In this document: one piece after another, positions 48,376-59,844 of the stretch | How positions within the stretch are numbered: position 1 is the stretch's first letter | Layout: the number at the start of each line of letters is the position of its first letter | Assembly (NCBI GenBank): GCA_013115145.1 | Contig: JAAPAO010000062.1 | Coordinates: forward strand, 1 to 64,000 | Reading direction: 5' to 3' | From: Perkinsus chesapeaki ATCC PRA-425 | Lineage: Eukaryota > Protista > Perkinsozoa | Length of the DNA stretch: 64,000 nucleotides | Program-made: the position numbers and the translations under genes | The notes under the pieces: generated by a model | What the model was told of the DNA's origin: nothing | Databases searched by the model: none | What the model saw: the letters and a program-made list of their open reading frames with translations, nothing else

Positions 48376-50818
48376 GGAATGAAAGGAAATCTGTCAGTCA
48401 ACTAAACGAGACGAACTAACGCTAGCGAGACGCTGGACAAGTACACAATTTCCGAGCGGAGCGAAGCGTTGCATATTAAGCGGTTTTCCCGATGAAACAG
48501 AATCGCACATGAGACGCTGGTAAATACAATGTGGTATGCAAGTGACAGATGCCACGGCTGTGCCCTGTTATCCAACTTGTCACGGGAATGAATTACAAAC
48601 ACAACACGGTCGAACACGCGTCACGAAGAAGGCTTTCCCTGATGCTTCCCTGAGGGAAGGTCCCTCAAGGATGAAGGAGGCGAAAGTGAGCACGGACCGG
48701 ATCTTTCTTGGCCATCTGATGGCTTTAGTGTATTTAGAATGTCCTTTTCGTGCCCTTGTTTTCCACCTGACATCCTTCGCGAAGCTCGCCGAAGTAAACT
48801 TGCTTCCCAATGCTCACTCTCCTCCTGTCTAAGAGGCCCAAATGCAAGCCTTGTGGAAGTGTTGCAGACAACCTACAATAACACCGCATTCTCCCTAGCC
48901 TTCCAGCAAACATGAGATCCCCGTATGCTGCGGGTGATCGTGGCATGCTATAGCAAAGCGGCAGTAAGCATAAAGCTCGCTTGGGCAAAACCTGCTCCTG
49001 TGCGGCGGCCTCCCAGGTGAGACGCTGCGTCAACCGCCGACTCGGTGCAGTTATGCCGTAGAATGAGATTACAACGCTCGTATGCAACGCTCAACAGGAT
49101 CGTTCGCTATGTAAGATCATTCCGATGCTAAACGATTGACTGCCGGAAAGAAAGGGCAACATGCTGTGTAGTCTCACGGTCATAGCCGCAACAACTCGCA
49201 GGCTACAAGTGCCGCCTCGACCTCGGTATGTTAACAACCATGTGCCTCCCGCTGCTCAACAATGGAGAGATATAGTATTCGCCACCGCTTGTGGGTCACC
49301 CGTATTGATGCCAGAAAGGGGGACAAAGAGATCTTTAAATGAAAGTATTGGGGGTTCCCCACTGGGGAAGTAACATCATGCAGTCTGGATGCGCGGCTTC
49401 CTGCTTTGCCAAAACCCCAGGACTAGGCCGTGAAGCCTCTGCGCGCTCGGGGAGGGGGCGACCCCCGAGAGAACGCGGCGCACTTGCGCGCCCATACCGT
49501 GCGTGCAGGAAGCCATCGACCGCTGGGGGCCTAACGAATTTGGAATTCAACGGTGAACTTGCTTCATATTCCGCATGGTGATAGCTATTGTATAAGGACG
49601 TAGCTGTGCAAATTTTCAGCTTGAGACATTGCGTGAGCGTTTCACAACGAGCGCGGAAAGTCCAGTACTAATACGCTAATACGAGCTAATAAGGGAATTT
49701 TTCCATGTACCAGGCATCAGAAGTTCGGGTTATTATCAACGAGTCTGCCTGCCCAAGTACCATGTGTCGAAGGTACGTTATTGAAGAAATGAGATTTTGA
49801 GAAATCTGGAAAGTGCGCTAAAAACCGCACTACTGTCCCCTTCGCAATTGAGTAGTTGCGCACTGAAACGAGCGACTACTTTCAGCAGCTGTTCCGTGGC
49901 AAACTTTCCGGGCATGCGGACATGTACTTGAACTCCAAGCCTCGAAGACAGTACAATATAACGCTGTCGACATTGTCAATGTTGATGACAAGATTCGGGG
50001 TCACGCAACTCCTAGTACTATGTGGGATCTACGAAGCGTGCCAAGCAATGGCTTCGAATACCAACATAGTGTTTCCCCTATTGTGTGACCTATCCGCTCT
50101 TGGTCCAGTCGCGAATAATGTCGTTGCATCTCTCTAACTTCACGGATTGCCTTAGGCAATTTGCCTACAGTTATTCCAGAGTCCACCGGAAACTATTGCC
50201 GTGCCGACGCGCCACGGACCGCTAAGCTGAAACTGAGCCTTTGCGACATGATTTAACGAAGTAATTATAAATCGTGATCTTCCACGTGAAGCCGTTCGCA
50301 GGCTTTCAATACCTCCGAATGTCGAGCGAATCAACTCGTTTTAAGCCATCGTCGGGTCGAGCTCTGTGTTAGACTTGAGTGCGCTCACAGTGATTGAGAA
50401 TGGAGGATGACTGTGTGACGCGGTAATGTGACGTGGTTGCAACCAATGCTTTGAGACTCAACCACTAAAGTTCTTGTGTACCATAGTCGAGTGCACCTCT
50501 CTGCGTCATGTTTAATCAGGTTAGAAAGTAGTAAGAGACTTGCGATCTGCAAACGTTGAAAACTCGTCCAAAACCGCGAAAGTTACTCTGCCAGGCCTGG
50601 CCTGGAAACTGAGCGTACCACCTACTAAACCGGCCACAAGGCGAAGAGCTACTGTGTGGATTAGAGAGTCTGCAGAGATGCATGCACTATCGAGCCATGT
50701 GCTGTAATTGAAGAATTGGATCACACCAAAAGGGTTAAGTTATTCATCACATCCGTAGTAGACAAAAAAGATACTCCCTGAAGACACTGACTTTAGTTTC
50801 ACCTCTTACGAAGGGGTT

Positions 50819-50870
50819 CGACGCCGACGCAGATCCTGATAGGATCTCTAGGCCAACTGTGAAAGCGTAC
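50819..50870 (+). promoter_or_regulatory. Conserved upstream motifs CGACGCCGACGCA and AAGCGTAC
   Basis: The same two motifs occur at similar spacing about 105-115 nt upstream of both aspartyl-protease paralogs (also 54735-54787), within otherwise diverged flanks. Confidence 0.5.
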
Positions 50871-50922
50871 GACTCGTTCAGAAGAAAGGTCCCCAATTTC
50901 TGGTATATATTTTTTTATCGAA

Positions 50923-53343
50923 ATGCATCATCTCCCCATCCTGGTTATCTGTGGTTTATCTTATGCGGCTCCGGTAGATGATAACATGGTAACATTTTTT
51001 GCCGGAGGCAGCCTCCGTCGCTCTGCTGCTTTGCTCGGAGATCCAAGAGCTACCAGAAGGCTTGCTGACACATCCCAATACCCGGCAGTCTTCCCACTCA
51101 CTTATGACTTCAGAACTACCATAGAAATGGATGGTGAACTGGTCTCTGGGACTATCGATACTGGTTCAGCCTCTGTAAGGCGTTATATCTATAACCCTCA
51201 ACAGACCTTCGGCTGCGTCGGTGATCGGTGCTTCAAGTGTGAGGTAGATAGCTGTAAGTCGGGCAAAACCTTCGGCAACTATGATACTTATGATCAATAT
51301 CGTTTAGAGCTTGCTGACTCCAAGGCGGTTATCAGTCTGGGTGATCGCAACAGGAGCGATGTGTATGTACAGAATATTGTCCGAGCCACCCGCAATGACG
51401 GCCGACCAACAACTCGGCCACCTATTTCTGTTGACACGGCGTTTGGTCTAGGTCTGCATGGCTATAAGGGTCCCGAAGCTGAGGCTAATGGCTCGTTCTT
51501 ACGGCAGTTATTCGATGTGCCTCCGTCAGCCGTACCGCATCGCGCATTCAGCATTGAGCCTGCTCGGTCCCCTTTCACTCCGGGGCACTTAACCATTGGG
51601 GGCTACTTCAATTATACACCGGTTGGCAATGAATCTACGGGCCGCCCAGCTGCATTTGTCGAGGACTTCTTGTATAACGACTTCGAGTGGTCGACGAGTG
51701 AGTACGACGGAGATCTTCGTAGGAGTCACTTCAAGGGGAATGCCGTACAAGTACGAGCCAAAGGTTCCGATTTCTTCTCCGAAGACCTCTACACCCTCCA
51801 TGTTGGACACGGAGAGAAGCCACCATTTGTGGGGTTCGATTCTTCCGCCCCTCTTATCTATGTAAGCGAGGCCGATATGAAAGACCGCTATATGAGGGTC
51901 ACTAATACGATGTTAAAAGAATGCAATACCTCGTTGAGCACGATGGCTTATGTATCCGATGCCGATGAGGGCTACACTCTACCTTGCAGCAAGGCTCATT
52001 GCTTACCTGATTTCGAGTTCGACTTCTTCCCTAATGGCAGAACACTCACAAGAGAGGTCTCCTTTACTGTACCGGGGTGGGCCACCGTCACACCTACTGG
52101 GTCTAGATCTGCAGATAGCTGCCGTTGGCTAGTCGGTGTACCAAAGAACCGAAAACTGGTTGACGTGGTCGATACTAGACCATACGTGGTCCTTGGTCAA
52201 CCTGCATTCCGAGCGCACAGATTGGCTTTTCATGACAATGTCATTGGGCATGTATACTTCCAGCCTCTTGAGAAGCCAGAAAGTATGTATGGAGTCTTCA
52301 CACTGGCTGTTGACTACGAGATGACAACTTTGATCGACCTAGATCACCAGATCATTCAGATGGTCGTTGATACCGGTGTTGAGGACATTAAGGTTCTCCG
52401 GTCCGCTGAAGATGTTTGTCACCGTGGTAGCCTGGTCTGCTATGATTGCTCCAAAGCCATCCACTCCTGCTCAGGAGGAATTCCAAAGCTACATATAGAT
52501 GTCACCGGTTATAGAAGAGAATATGTTGCTTACGGCAACAGTTTTGTAACCTTGGGAGGCTCTAACCTACGCACGCGGATGAGTTTGGTGAAGGCGGTGA
52601 ACCGCGCGGTATCGCAAGGTGGCTACAGTTCCTTCGGGCTCGGTTGGGACAACGGTGACAGCTCGTTTTTCTTCAGAGTGCTGGGCCTACCTCTGGAAAG
52701 CGGAGGCCAGTTCTCTATTTACGGCCAGCGAGATCCAGTCTCACGTCTGGGCGTACTATCTCTTGGGGGCTTCCGTCGGCCCGAACTAAAACGCGAAGGG
52801 GATACGGTGAAGATGATTGACCATCCATCACATTGGACTGCGGCTAAGAGCTGGTATATCGCGGCTGGTGTCAGAGGCTTTATTCAAAGCAAGACGTCAT
52901 CGGAGCCATTCGGTGAAGTTGCGGTGAACTACCAGATATTCGCTTTTGTAAGCAGCTTCTCGCTCATCTACGGGCCGCAGGAAGCGATAGAAGACCTGGT
53001 TGAGTTGCTCGCGAAATACCTCAAAGCCCGCAAATTCCAGGATTACCAGACTGATGACTCGACGAAGGGATGGGCCCTACCAACAGATGATGTGAAGAAT
53101 CTTCCCGACGTTGTGTTCGGCCTGCGAGCTATCACCGGCAGTACCGCTTTTATCACTTTTACCCCGGAAGAATATACTGTTCCCTCGTCTACGGATTGTG
53201 GGACACACAGGTTGCTTTTCGGTGTAACTAAGCAAACCAAGAATGATGACTTATGGATTATGGGCAAACCGTACTTCCGAACTCACTATACGGAATTCGA
53301 CCGCTCCAAGAAGACCATATTCTTCGCGCCTCTTCACGACTAG
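50923..53343 (+). CDS. Secreted aspartyl protease-like protein with two tandem pepsin-like modules (806 aa), intronless
   Basis: Signal peptide; module 1 IDTGS...GFDSSAP...VVLGQPAFR; module 2 VVDTGV...(second Asp absent)...WIMGKPYFR. Confidence 0.85.
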   Translation: MHHLPILVICGLSYAAPVDDNMVTFFAGGSLRRSAALLGDPRATRRLADTSQYPAVFPLTYDFRTTIEMDGELVSGTIDTGSASVRRYIYNPQQTFGCVGDRCFKCEVDSCKSGKTFGNYDTYDQYRLELADSKAVISLGDRNRSDVYVQNIVRATRNDGRPTTRPPISVDTAFGLGLHGYKGPEAEANGSFLRQLFDVPPSAVPHRAFSIEPARSPFTPGHLTIGGYFNYTPVGNESTGRPAAFVEDFLYNDFEWSTSEYDGDLRRSHFKGNAVQVRAKGSDFFSEDLYTLHVGHGEKPPFVGFDSSAPLIYVSEADMKDRYMRVTNTMLKECNTSLSTMAYVSDADEGYTLPCSKAHCLPDFEFDFFPNGRTLTREVSFTVPGWATVTPTGSRSADSCRWLVGVPKNRKLVDVVDTRPYVVLGQPAFRAHRLAFHDNVIGHVYFQPLEKPESMYGVFTLAVDYEMTTLIDLDHQIIQMVVDTGVEDIKVLRSAEDVCHRGSLVCYDCSKAIHSCSGGIPKLHIDVTGYRREYVAYGNSFVTLGGSNLRTRMSLVKAVNRAVSQGGYSSFGLGWDNGDSSFFFRVLGLPLESGGQFSIYGQRDPVSRLGVLSLGGFRRPELKREGDTVKMIDHPSHWTAAKSWYIAAGVRGFIQSKTSSEPFGEVAVNYQIFAFVSSFSLIYGPQEAIEDLVELLAKYLKARKFQDYQTDDSTKGWALPTDDVKNLPDVVFGLRAITGSTAFITFTPEEYTVPSSTDCGTHRLLFGVTKQTKNDDLWIMGKPYFRTHYTEFDRSKKTIFFAPLHD

Positions 53344-53852
53344 GTGCACCAGAGGTTAATCCTTAAATTGTCTTTACTGTCGTCCGCATCTAGAGTAGCT
53401 GCTAATGTGTTGATAGTGTCGTCGTTGGGCGTAGATAATGATCCTTCACTTAGAGATCAGGCAGCACCGATTGTTATATAGCTCTGTTTTCTCCATATAA
53501 TGAAGACAGAGAAGCACTAGTGCTAGTATCCCGAAAGCTATTATCAAGTATCTCTTCACCTTTCCAGTCGAGTTAATAGGGGAAGTTTCAATGTGATGGT
53601 ATCGTATTGGGCACGGGAATGGTATTGGACTATCTAGAGTATTGACAACACTCGAATAGTGGAGGGGAGGCTCCACTAGCACCAGTAGCGCAGGAGTGTA
53701 TAGTACAGGTGCAATGCTAAGCTAAAACTCTAAAACTGTGTTTGTATTTATGAGGAGATACCTTGCACCGAACTTCCGATGCGCAATAAGTAGCCCGGTT
53801 TTAGCTCAGACTATGTGTCACGGCACACATATGATTCGACAAGGTCCGAGTT

Positions 53853-54450
53853 TCAGTCGTATATCGCCAGTCCTTGGAGTCCAGTGGTGTGTCGGAGCCT
53901 CCGACTCGGAGGATACCTATGGCATGAAAGGCACCGAGTGCGGATCTGAGTCGAACTCAAGTCACAGTTGATATCGTCTATTCGCAGAGCAATTCGTAGC
54001 AATAACACCGAACTGAGTTCGGCTAACTCATCTGCGTTTGTAATGTGTTGCCATATGTCTCGGCAACCGGCTTCCTTAAGTAGCGTATCTAGCTCTTCTA
54101 GTTTATCCGCACCTCGGATCACTTTCCCGTCCTCTTCAAACTGAGCCTTGCCGTAGAATCGGAACTTAACTGTCTTCACTCGTCCGCTCTTCAACAGCTT
54201 TGTGGCACCCTTCAGCACATGAAGGTCAGCGCCGTTAGTGTGGACAACGAGATCTATTGGGAACCCCAAGATCTACCAAGATAGGAGGGAATAGAAATAA
54301 ACAAGTAAAAGAGAAAAAGTGAGACGTGTAAGGTTCATCATGACAATCGTGTACCGTTCATGACAATCTCTATGCATTAATATAATATACTGAGCCGGGA
54401 TAGCACAGTGATAAACTCGAATATATCACTGATTGAAAAGTAGACATCAT
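53853..54450 (-). pseudogene. Internally deleted copy of the FkbM methyltransferase gene
   Basis: 5' segment homologous to about 59300-59450 is joined directly to FPIDLVVHTNGADLHVLKGATKLLKSGRVKTVKFRFYG... (near-identical to 57700-57900). About 1.4 kb, including the SAM-binding motif, is missing. Confidence 0.85.
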
Positions 54451-54851
54451 ATAAAAGGGCACTACTTTATTTAACCCACTACTGCGCGACTTTAGTCCTG
54501 CGGAAAAGGCGCTCATCGACCCACAGCACAGCAGAGTGAAAGAACGCTTTGCCCTCATGGTTAGCCGCGTTTGATACTCTGATATAATCTTGCTGAGCTG
54601 ACTATTGTGCACCGCCAATGATTGTGCATTTAAATGCGTGCACAGCTAACTCCTCTTGCGACTCGAAGCTGCGAGAGTACGCCAAGTAAGAAAACGCTTT
54701 ACTAGCGTTTACTAAGGTGTGCACCCTTGCACTGCGACGCCGACGCATTTTCTCACGGAACCCCTGCGCGATTTTCCAGAAGCGTACAAAACAGAACCCA
54801 GCTGTTGTTCACAACAAAACCTAGCTAATTTTATCGTATCATCCTCTTAAC

Positions 54852-57195
54852 ATGCGCCATCTTACCAATCTGGTTATCTGTGGCCTATCTTCTTCGGTTC
54901 CGGTTGATGATTCTATGAACCGAACTGCTAAGGGAGCCAAGCTTCGTCGCTCTGCTGCTTCACCCGGAAACCTCCGGCCTGCTAGAAGCCTCGCTGAGGA
55001 GCGTCCACAGTCATTTTACTACCCGCTCACTTAGGACTTCAGGACTACCGTAGAGATGGATGGTGAATTGGTCTTTGGGACTATCGATTCTGGCTCAGCC
55101 TCTGTAAGGCGCTACATCAAAAACCCTGACCAGGCGGGCTCCAAGTGCTTTGGTGATCGGTGCTTCGCATGTAGGGTCCAAAGCTGCATGTCCGGTGAAA
55201 TCTTTGGTGACTCTGTGACTTACGACCCGTTCCAGTTGCAGCCTGCAAACTCCAGGGCCGTTATTCGCATGGAAGATGTCAACGAGAGCAATGTGTACGT
55301 GCAGAATATTGTTGGTGTTGACTATACTGGCAGCCAACCCCAGTATTTGTCACCTAGTTCCGTTGACACGGCCTTTGGCCTAGGCTTGCCTGGGTACAGA
55401 GGTTTCGAAGCTGAGCTCAATGACTCGTTTATCCGGCAGCTATATGCTTCTCACCTGCTGAAGAATCCTGTACCCACTATTGAGCCTGCTCCGTCGCCTT
55501 TCACCTCGGGATCGTTGGTCCTTGGTGGGAGTATCGCTCCCGAATTTGAAGAGGGCTCCAATGGTAGGACCTTTGAGTGGGATACCAGTGCATACGACAA
55601 GGATCTCCCTAAGAGCCATTTCAAGGGTAATGCACTGCAGGTGCAGGCCATCGGCTATGATTCCTTCTCTGAAGACATTCATGTCCTTTCTAAGGGCCAC
55701 GGTGAGTTGCCACCAATTGTGGGGTTCGATTCCTCCGCACCTCTTATTTATGTAAGCGGGGCCGAAATGGAAGATCGCTATATGTGGGTTACCAACACGC
55801 TATTAATAGAGTGCCAAACCTTCTTCACTGAGATGGAGCATGTATACGATGCCGTTGAGGGGTACATCTTACCTTGCAGTAAGGCTCACTGTTTACCTGA
55901 TTTCGAGTTCAAGTTCGCGCCCAATAACTACGCAACTGCCAATGAGATCTCTCTCACGGTACCTGGATGGGCAACCGTTACACCTATCGGGAGTAAATCT
56001 CCAGATAGGTGTCGTTGGTTATTTGGTGTACCCAAGAACCGTAAACCGGTGGAGGTGGTCGATAATAGGTTATATATGGCACTTGGTCAACCTGCATTCC
56101 GTGCGAATAAGCTATTTTTTAATTACTTTCTCCCTGGAGTGATATCCTTCCAACCTCTTAACAAGCCCAAGGATATGTATGGTGTCTTTACACTCGCTTT
56201 CGACTATGACAGGAGAACTGTGATCACAGTGGATCATCAGAGTATCGAAGTGGTCGCTGATACTGAAGATTACTCCATCTATCTTCTCCGTGCCGATGGG
56301 GACAGCAGTCCTTGTGACGTTGGGGATGGTTGCTATGAGTGCTCAAAAACCCCCCATCGGTGCCCCGATAAGGCAGAATATTTCGTCCAGTATTTCACAG
56401 GCTATCAAAGAGACTTTTCTCATCTTAGCGATGGCTTTGTGACATTGGGAAGTTCTAAACTGCGCACAAATTTCAACCTGGTGCAAAAGGCGAATCTGCT
56501 GGTCTCGGAAGGCGGCTTCAGCTCATTTGGACTCAACACCCAAACTGGTAGTTCATTGATATTCGGGAATTCAGATCTGCCGTACGAGAACGGTGCTCAG
56601 TTCTCTATTTATGATCAGAGAACTCCTACGTCAAAGCTGGGCGTTCTAACTCTTGGTGGCTTTCGTCGACCCGAGCTTAAACACGATGGAGATACCGTTA
56701 CAATGCTAGACAATGAACCGGCGTCGTTGGTTCACCAGGAATACCGCGCAGCCACTACCAGAGGCTTCGTTTCAGGTACAAGGTCGTCAGAGCCGTTCGG
56801 TACAACTAATGAGGATTATCGGGAGTTCTTCTTCTGGAGCAAATACCCCCTTATCTATGGGCATGTTGACGTCGTTACAGAATTGGTTGATATCCTGGCG
56901 ACGTATTTCGAGGGGCGCAAGTTCAGTGATGGATTGTCATTTCCGAAAGATGATCTGAAAAGCCTTCCCAGCATTGCGTTCGTCCTGCCAAGTGTTACCG
57001 GTGCTGCGTTTATCTATCTATCCCCGAAGGATTACTCTGCTCCATCGTCTACGCAATGTGACACATACAAGCTACTTCTGGGCACGCACTCTTATAAAGG
57101 ATCATCGGTTCTTGGTAAGCCGTTTTTCCCGAACTCATTATATGGAGTTCGACAACATTAAGAAGACCATATACTTTGCTCCTCTTCATGACTAG
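54852..57195 (+). pseudogene. Disrupted paralog of the double-domain aspartyl protease
   Basis: In-frame TAG at 55032-55034 where the paralog has TAT (PLT*DFRTT vs PLTYDFRTT), plus a +1 frameshift near 57125-57135. The alternative frame resumes RTHYMEFDNIKKTIYFAPLHD*. Confidence 0.8.
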
Positions 57196-57617
57196 ATGAT
57201 CGTGAGTCATGACTACTGAGTTCTTATCTTTTTTCCGTCGTCTCCCATTATGAGTAGCTGTATAGCTGACGATGTGGCTAGCTGTCGGTAGTGTCCTCAG
57301 GATACTCCTATGGTTAGTGTCATCGTAGTATTTTGTACTTTACGAGCTACATCCGGAGATACTAACCACCACTAATTGTTTCAAAATGTCTGTCTTATCC
57401 GTAAAATCCAGAAGAAAATCAGTCCTACTATCCCAATATATATTATCAAGTATTAGTAGGATACCTTAATTGTCGATTTGGGCAGTAGTCACAAGAATTG
57501 CATCGTATTATGGATCTCAAACAATAGAATAACGCAACTGCAAACGAATAGTGCAAGCCTGGTACTTGGCTCTAATCGAGAATCTGGATTAAACACAAAC
57601 CGCGGCCTCTGACGGTA

Positions 57618-59444
57618 TCAATGCCTGGAACAGTGTCTTGCAATAACACCGAACTCATCTGCATGTTTAATATCTTTCTCGTGCCATATGTCTCGGCAAC
57701 CGGCCTCCTTAAGTAGGCCATCTAGCTCTTCTAGTTTATCCGCACCTCGGATCACTTTCCCGTCCTCTTCAAACTGAGCCTTGCCGTAGAATCGGAACTT
57801 AACTGTCTTAACTCGTCCGCTCTTCAACAGCTTTGTGGCACCTTTCAGCACATGAAGCTCAGCACCGTTAGTGTGAACGACAAGGAGGTCTATCGGGAAG
57901 TCGCCGTCAGCCAGCTCAACATCAAGTGTGCTGGAGGGCACTTCCTCAGCAACGGTGCGATCGTTCGAGAAGGGGGAAGAGCCTAGCAGCGTGCCATGAA
58001 CGGACGACTCCTCGTAAAGTCCGAAGCTTGCAGTTTGACTGGTTCGGTATTGCTTTGTTGAAACTAATGCCTTTCGACTTGCTGTGACATTCACAAAGCC
58101 GTTGAGATTTATGCTGGCCTGCATGCATTCAAAGGCTTCCTTCTGAGGCTCGTACGCAATAACTCTCAACGGTCGATTGGACTTCGCAAAGAGTGCTGCC
58201 GCTGTCAACGCTGCATCTCCGAAATGAGCTCCGACTTCCACGAAGACCACTTCTCTCTCCACACGGGGAGCCAGATAAAGCTCCCATACAACTTGCCAGC
58301 AAGCCTTCAAGATGAAGGGACCAACATTGCGAGCAATCTGGGCCGCTGTCTCCCGAGTCTGCGGGAGAACCATCAGAAAGTCAGCATCCCATGGCTCCTC
58401 GTAGCCTTGAAAGTTGCCTTCTAGTAGAGCTTTCTCGACAAAACATTTGCAAGTATCTACCGATGCTGGCTCTCTGCATTTGCAAAATTGTCGGACAACC
58501 TTCGGCAAGCCAGCCCGATCTAGTGCACCGAAAATACCCTCGTAAGGGAAGTTATAAATTACAGTGTCCGATCTGCCAGTGCAGTACCGAACCCAAACGC
58601 TGTGGAGATCACCAGCCTGTTTGACTTCGTCAAGGCCGTTCATGTTTACCAACGTGTTACGAATCTCCGAGGCTAGTGCGAGACACTTCGGCTCAACTGG
58701 TGCACTACTGTTGTAACCGTGCTTCGAAATAACAACCTTCTGAAGGCGAGCCAATGCCATAAAGGTGTTCCACTGAGGCATACTGACACCTTCCGACCAA
58801 CTAAGGTTCAGCAGAGCTCTGCGCAGCTCACTCCAATAAAAAGGTCGAGACCTACCAGCGACATACTCCCCTTCGAGCCAGATCGAATACAGAGTGATGC
58901 GCCCTAAGTGACTGAAAGGAACTTCGTCGGCGTGTTGAAGGAGCTCCCGGCCAACATCAAATAGGTAGTCTGGTGGTAGGTAGTAGTTGAGGATCCTCGG
59001 CAGCTCTTCGTGAGCAGAAAGACGTGTCAAACGCTCGTTCATATCCTGCCACCAGCTCATTGCATAAAGCACGCCCGAGCAGCATGCCATGTGAGTTGTG
59101 TTGCGACCACGAAAGCAACGGGGAAGGCCTCCACCTCCGAAAAGAGGAACGCAGCACCATTGCTTCTCGGGGATGGGTATAACACGCACGTTGCACTCGC
59201 CGTCGACGCCCGTCGCGGCCAAGTTCGGAACTGCTATAGGCGCACTCTCAACGAGGAGGCATTGAATGAGCACCTCCCAGCAGAGGTGCCGTAATATCAT
59301 TTCTAACCAAGATCGGAGGAAATAAAAACGAACACGTAAAAGAGGATAAATGAGATGTGTAAGGTTTATGACAATCCCTATACATACCAAGCCGAGATAA
59401 CATAGTCCTAACTGAGTAAGACAAACTGTATGTATATCACTCAT
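57618..59444 (-). CDS. FkbM-family SAM-dependent methyltransferase with hydrophobic N-terminus, intronless
   Basis: VFVEVGAHFGDAAL...RVIAYEPQKEAFECMQASINLNG; IDLLVVHTNGAELHVLKGA (the family IDxLKIDxEGxE motif is degenerate here). Confidence 0.8.
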   Translation of the reverse strand: MSDIHTVCLTQLGLCYLGLVCIGIVINLTHLIYPLLRVRFYFLRSWLEMILRHLCWEVLIQCLLVESAPIAVPNLAATGVDGECNVRVIPIPEKQWCCVPLFGGGGLPRCFRGRNTTHMACCSGVLYAMSWWQDMNERLTRLSAHEELPRILNYYLPPDYLFDVGRELLQHADEVPFSHLGRITLYSIWLEGEYVAGRSRPFYWSELRRALLNLSWSEGVSMPQWNTFMALARLQKVVISKHGYNSSAPVEPKCLALASEIRNTLVNMNGLDEVKQAGDLHSVWVRYCTGRSDTVIYNFPYEGIFGALDRAGLPKVVRQFCKCREPASVDTCKCFVEKALLEGNFQGYEEPWDADFLMVLPQTRETAAQIARNVGPFILKACWQVVWELYLAPRVEREVVFVEVGAHFGDAALTAAALFAKSNRPLRVIAYEPQKEAFECMQASINLNGFVNVTASRKALVSTKQYRTSQTASFGLYEESSVHGTLLGSSPFSNDRTVAEEVPSSTLDVELADGDFPIDLLVVHTNGAELHVLKGATKLLKSGRVKTVKFRFYGKAQFEEDGKVIRGADKLEELDGLLKEAGCRDIWHEKDIKHADEFGVIARHCSRH

Positions 59445-59844
59445 TTGGATATGTACATCGTAATACTACTTTGTTAAAGTCAGTAGATGAGCAAATCGGA
59501 AACAGTAATGACTCTAGCATCGTGGTGGTGTGGATTTTTTTATCATCATAGCTCAACTTTGGCATACTTATCTTGAGACACGGTAACGCTCATATCGTAA
59601 ATGAGCTATATTATAGTAGTATACTCAACATATATACACTGTAAAGTAATGTGTACTGAAACTCGCCGAATACAGATCTAGAATCATGTTGGGAAGCTCG
59701 TCAAGTTTAACGAAATAATAATAATACCCACGGCTTCCACGGCTTTGATACCAACACTGTGGAGCTTCAAGATGGTTTCATCAGTTGATACGCTGATTAT
59801 TAATTCACAACACAGAAACTTCGTCGCTCTACGTGAGAAACCCA

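Noticed and set aside
48376-48420. Relic spliced-leader sequences upstream of intronless genes (PNP, subtilisin, aspartyl proteases), which would indicate retroposition
   Set aside because: I found no CCAT(T/C)TTGGCTCAAG-like relic in these flanks, and no SL RNA gene in the window.
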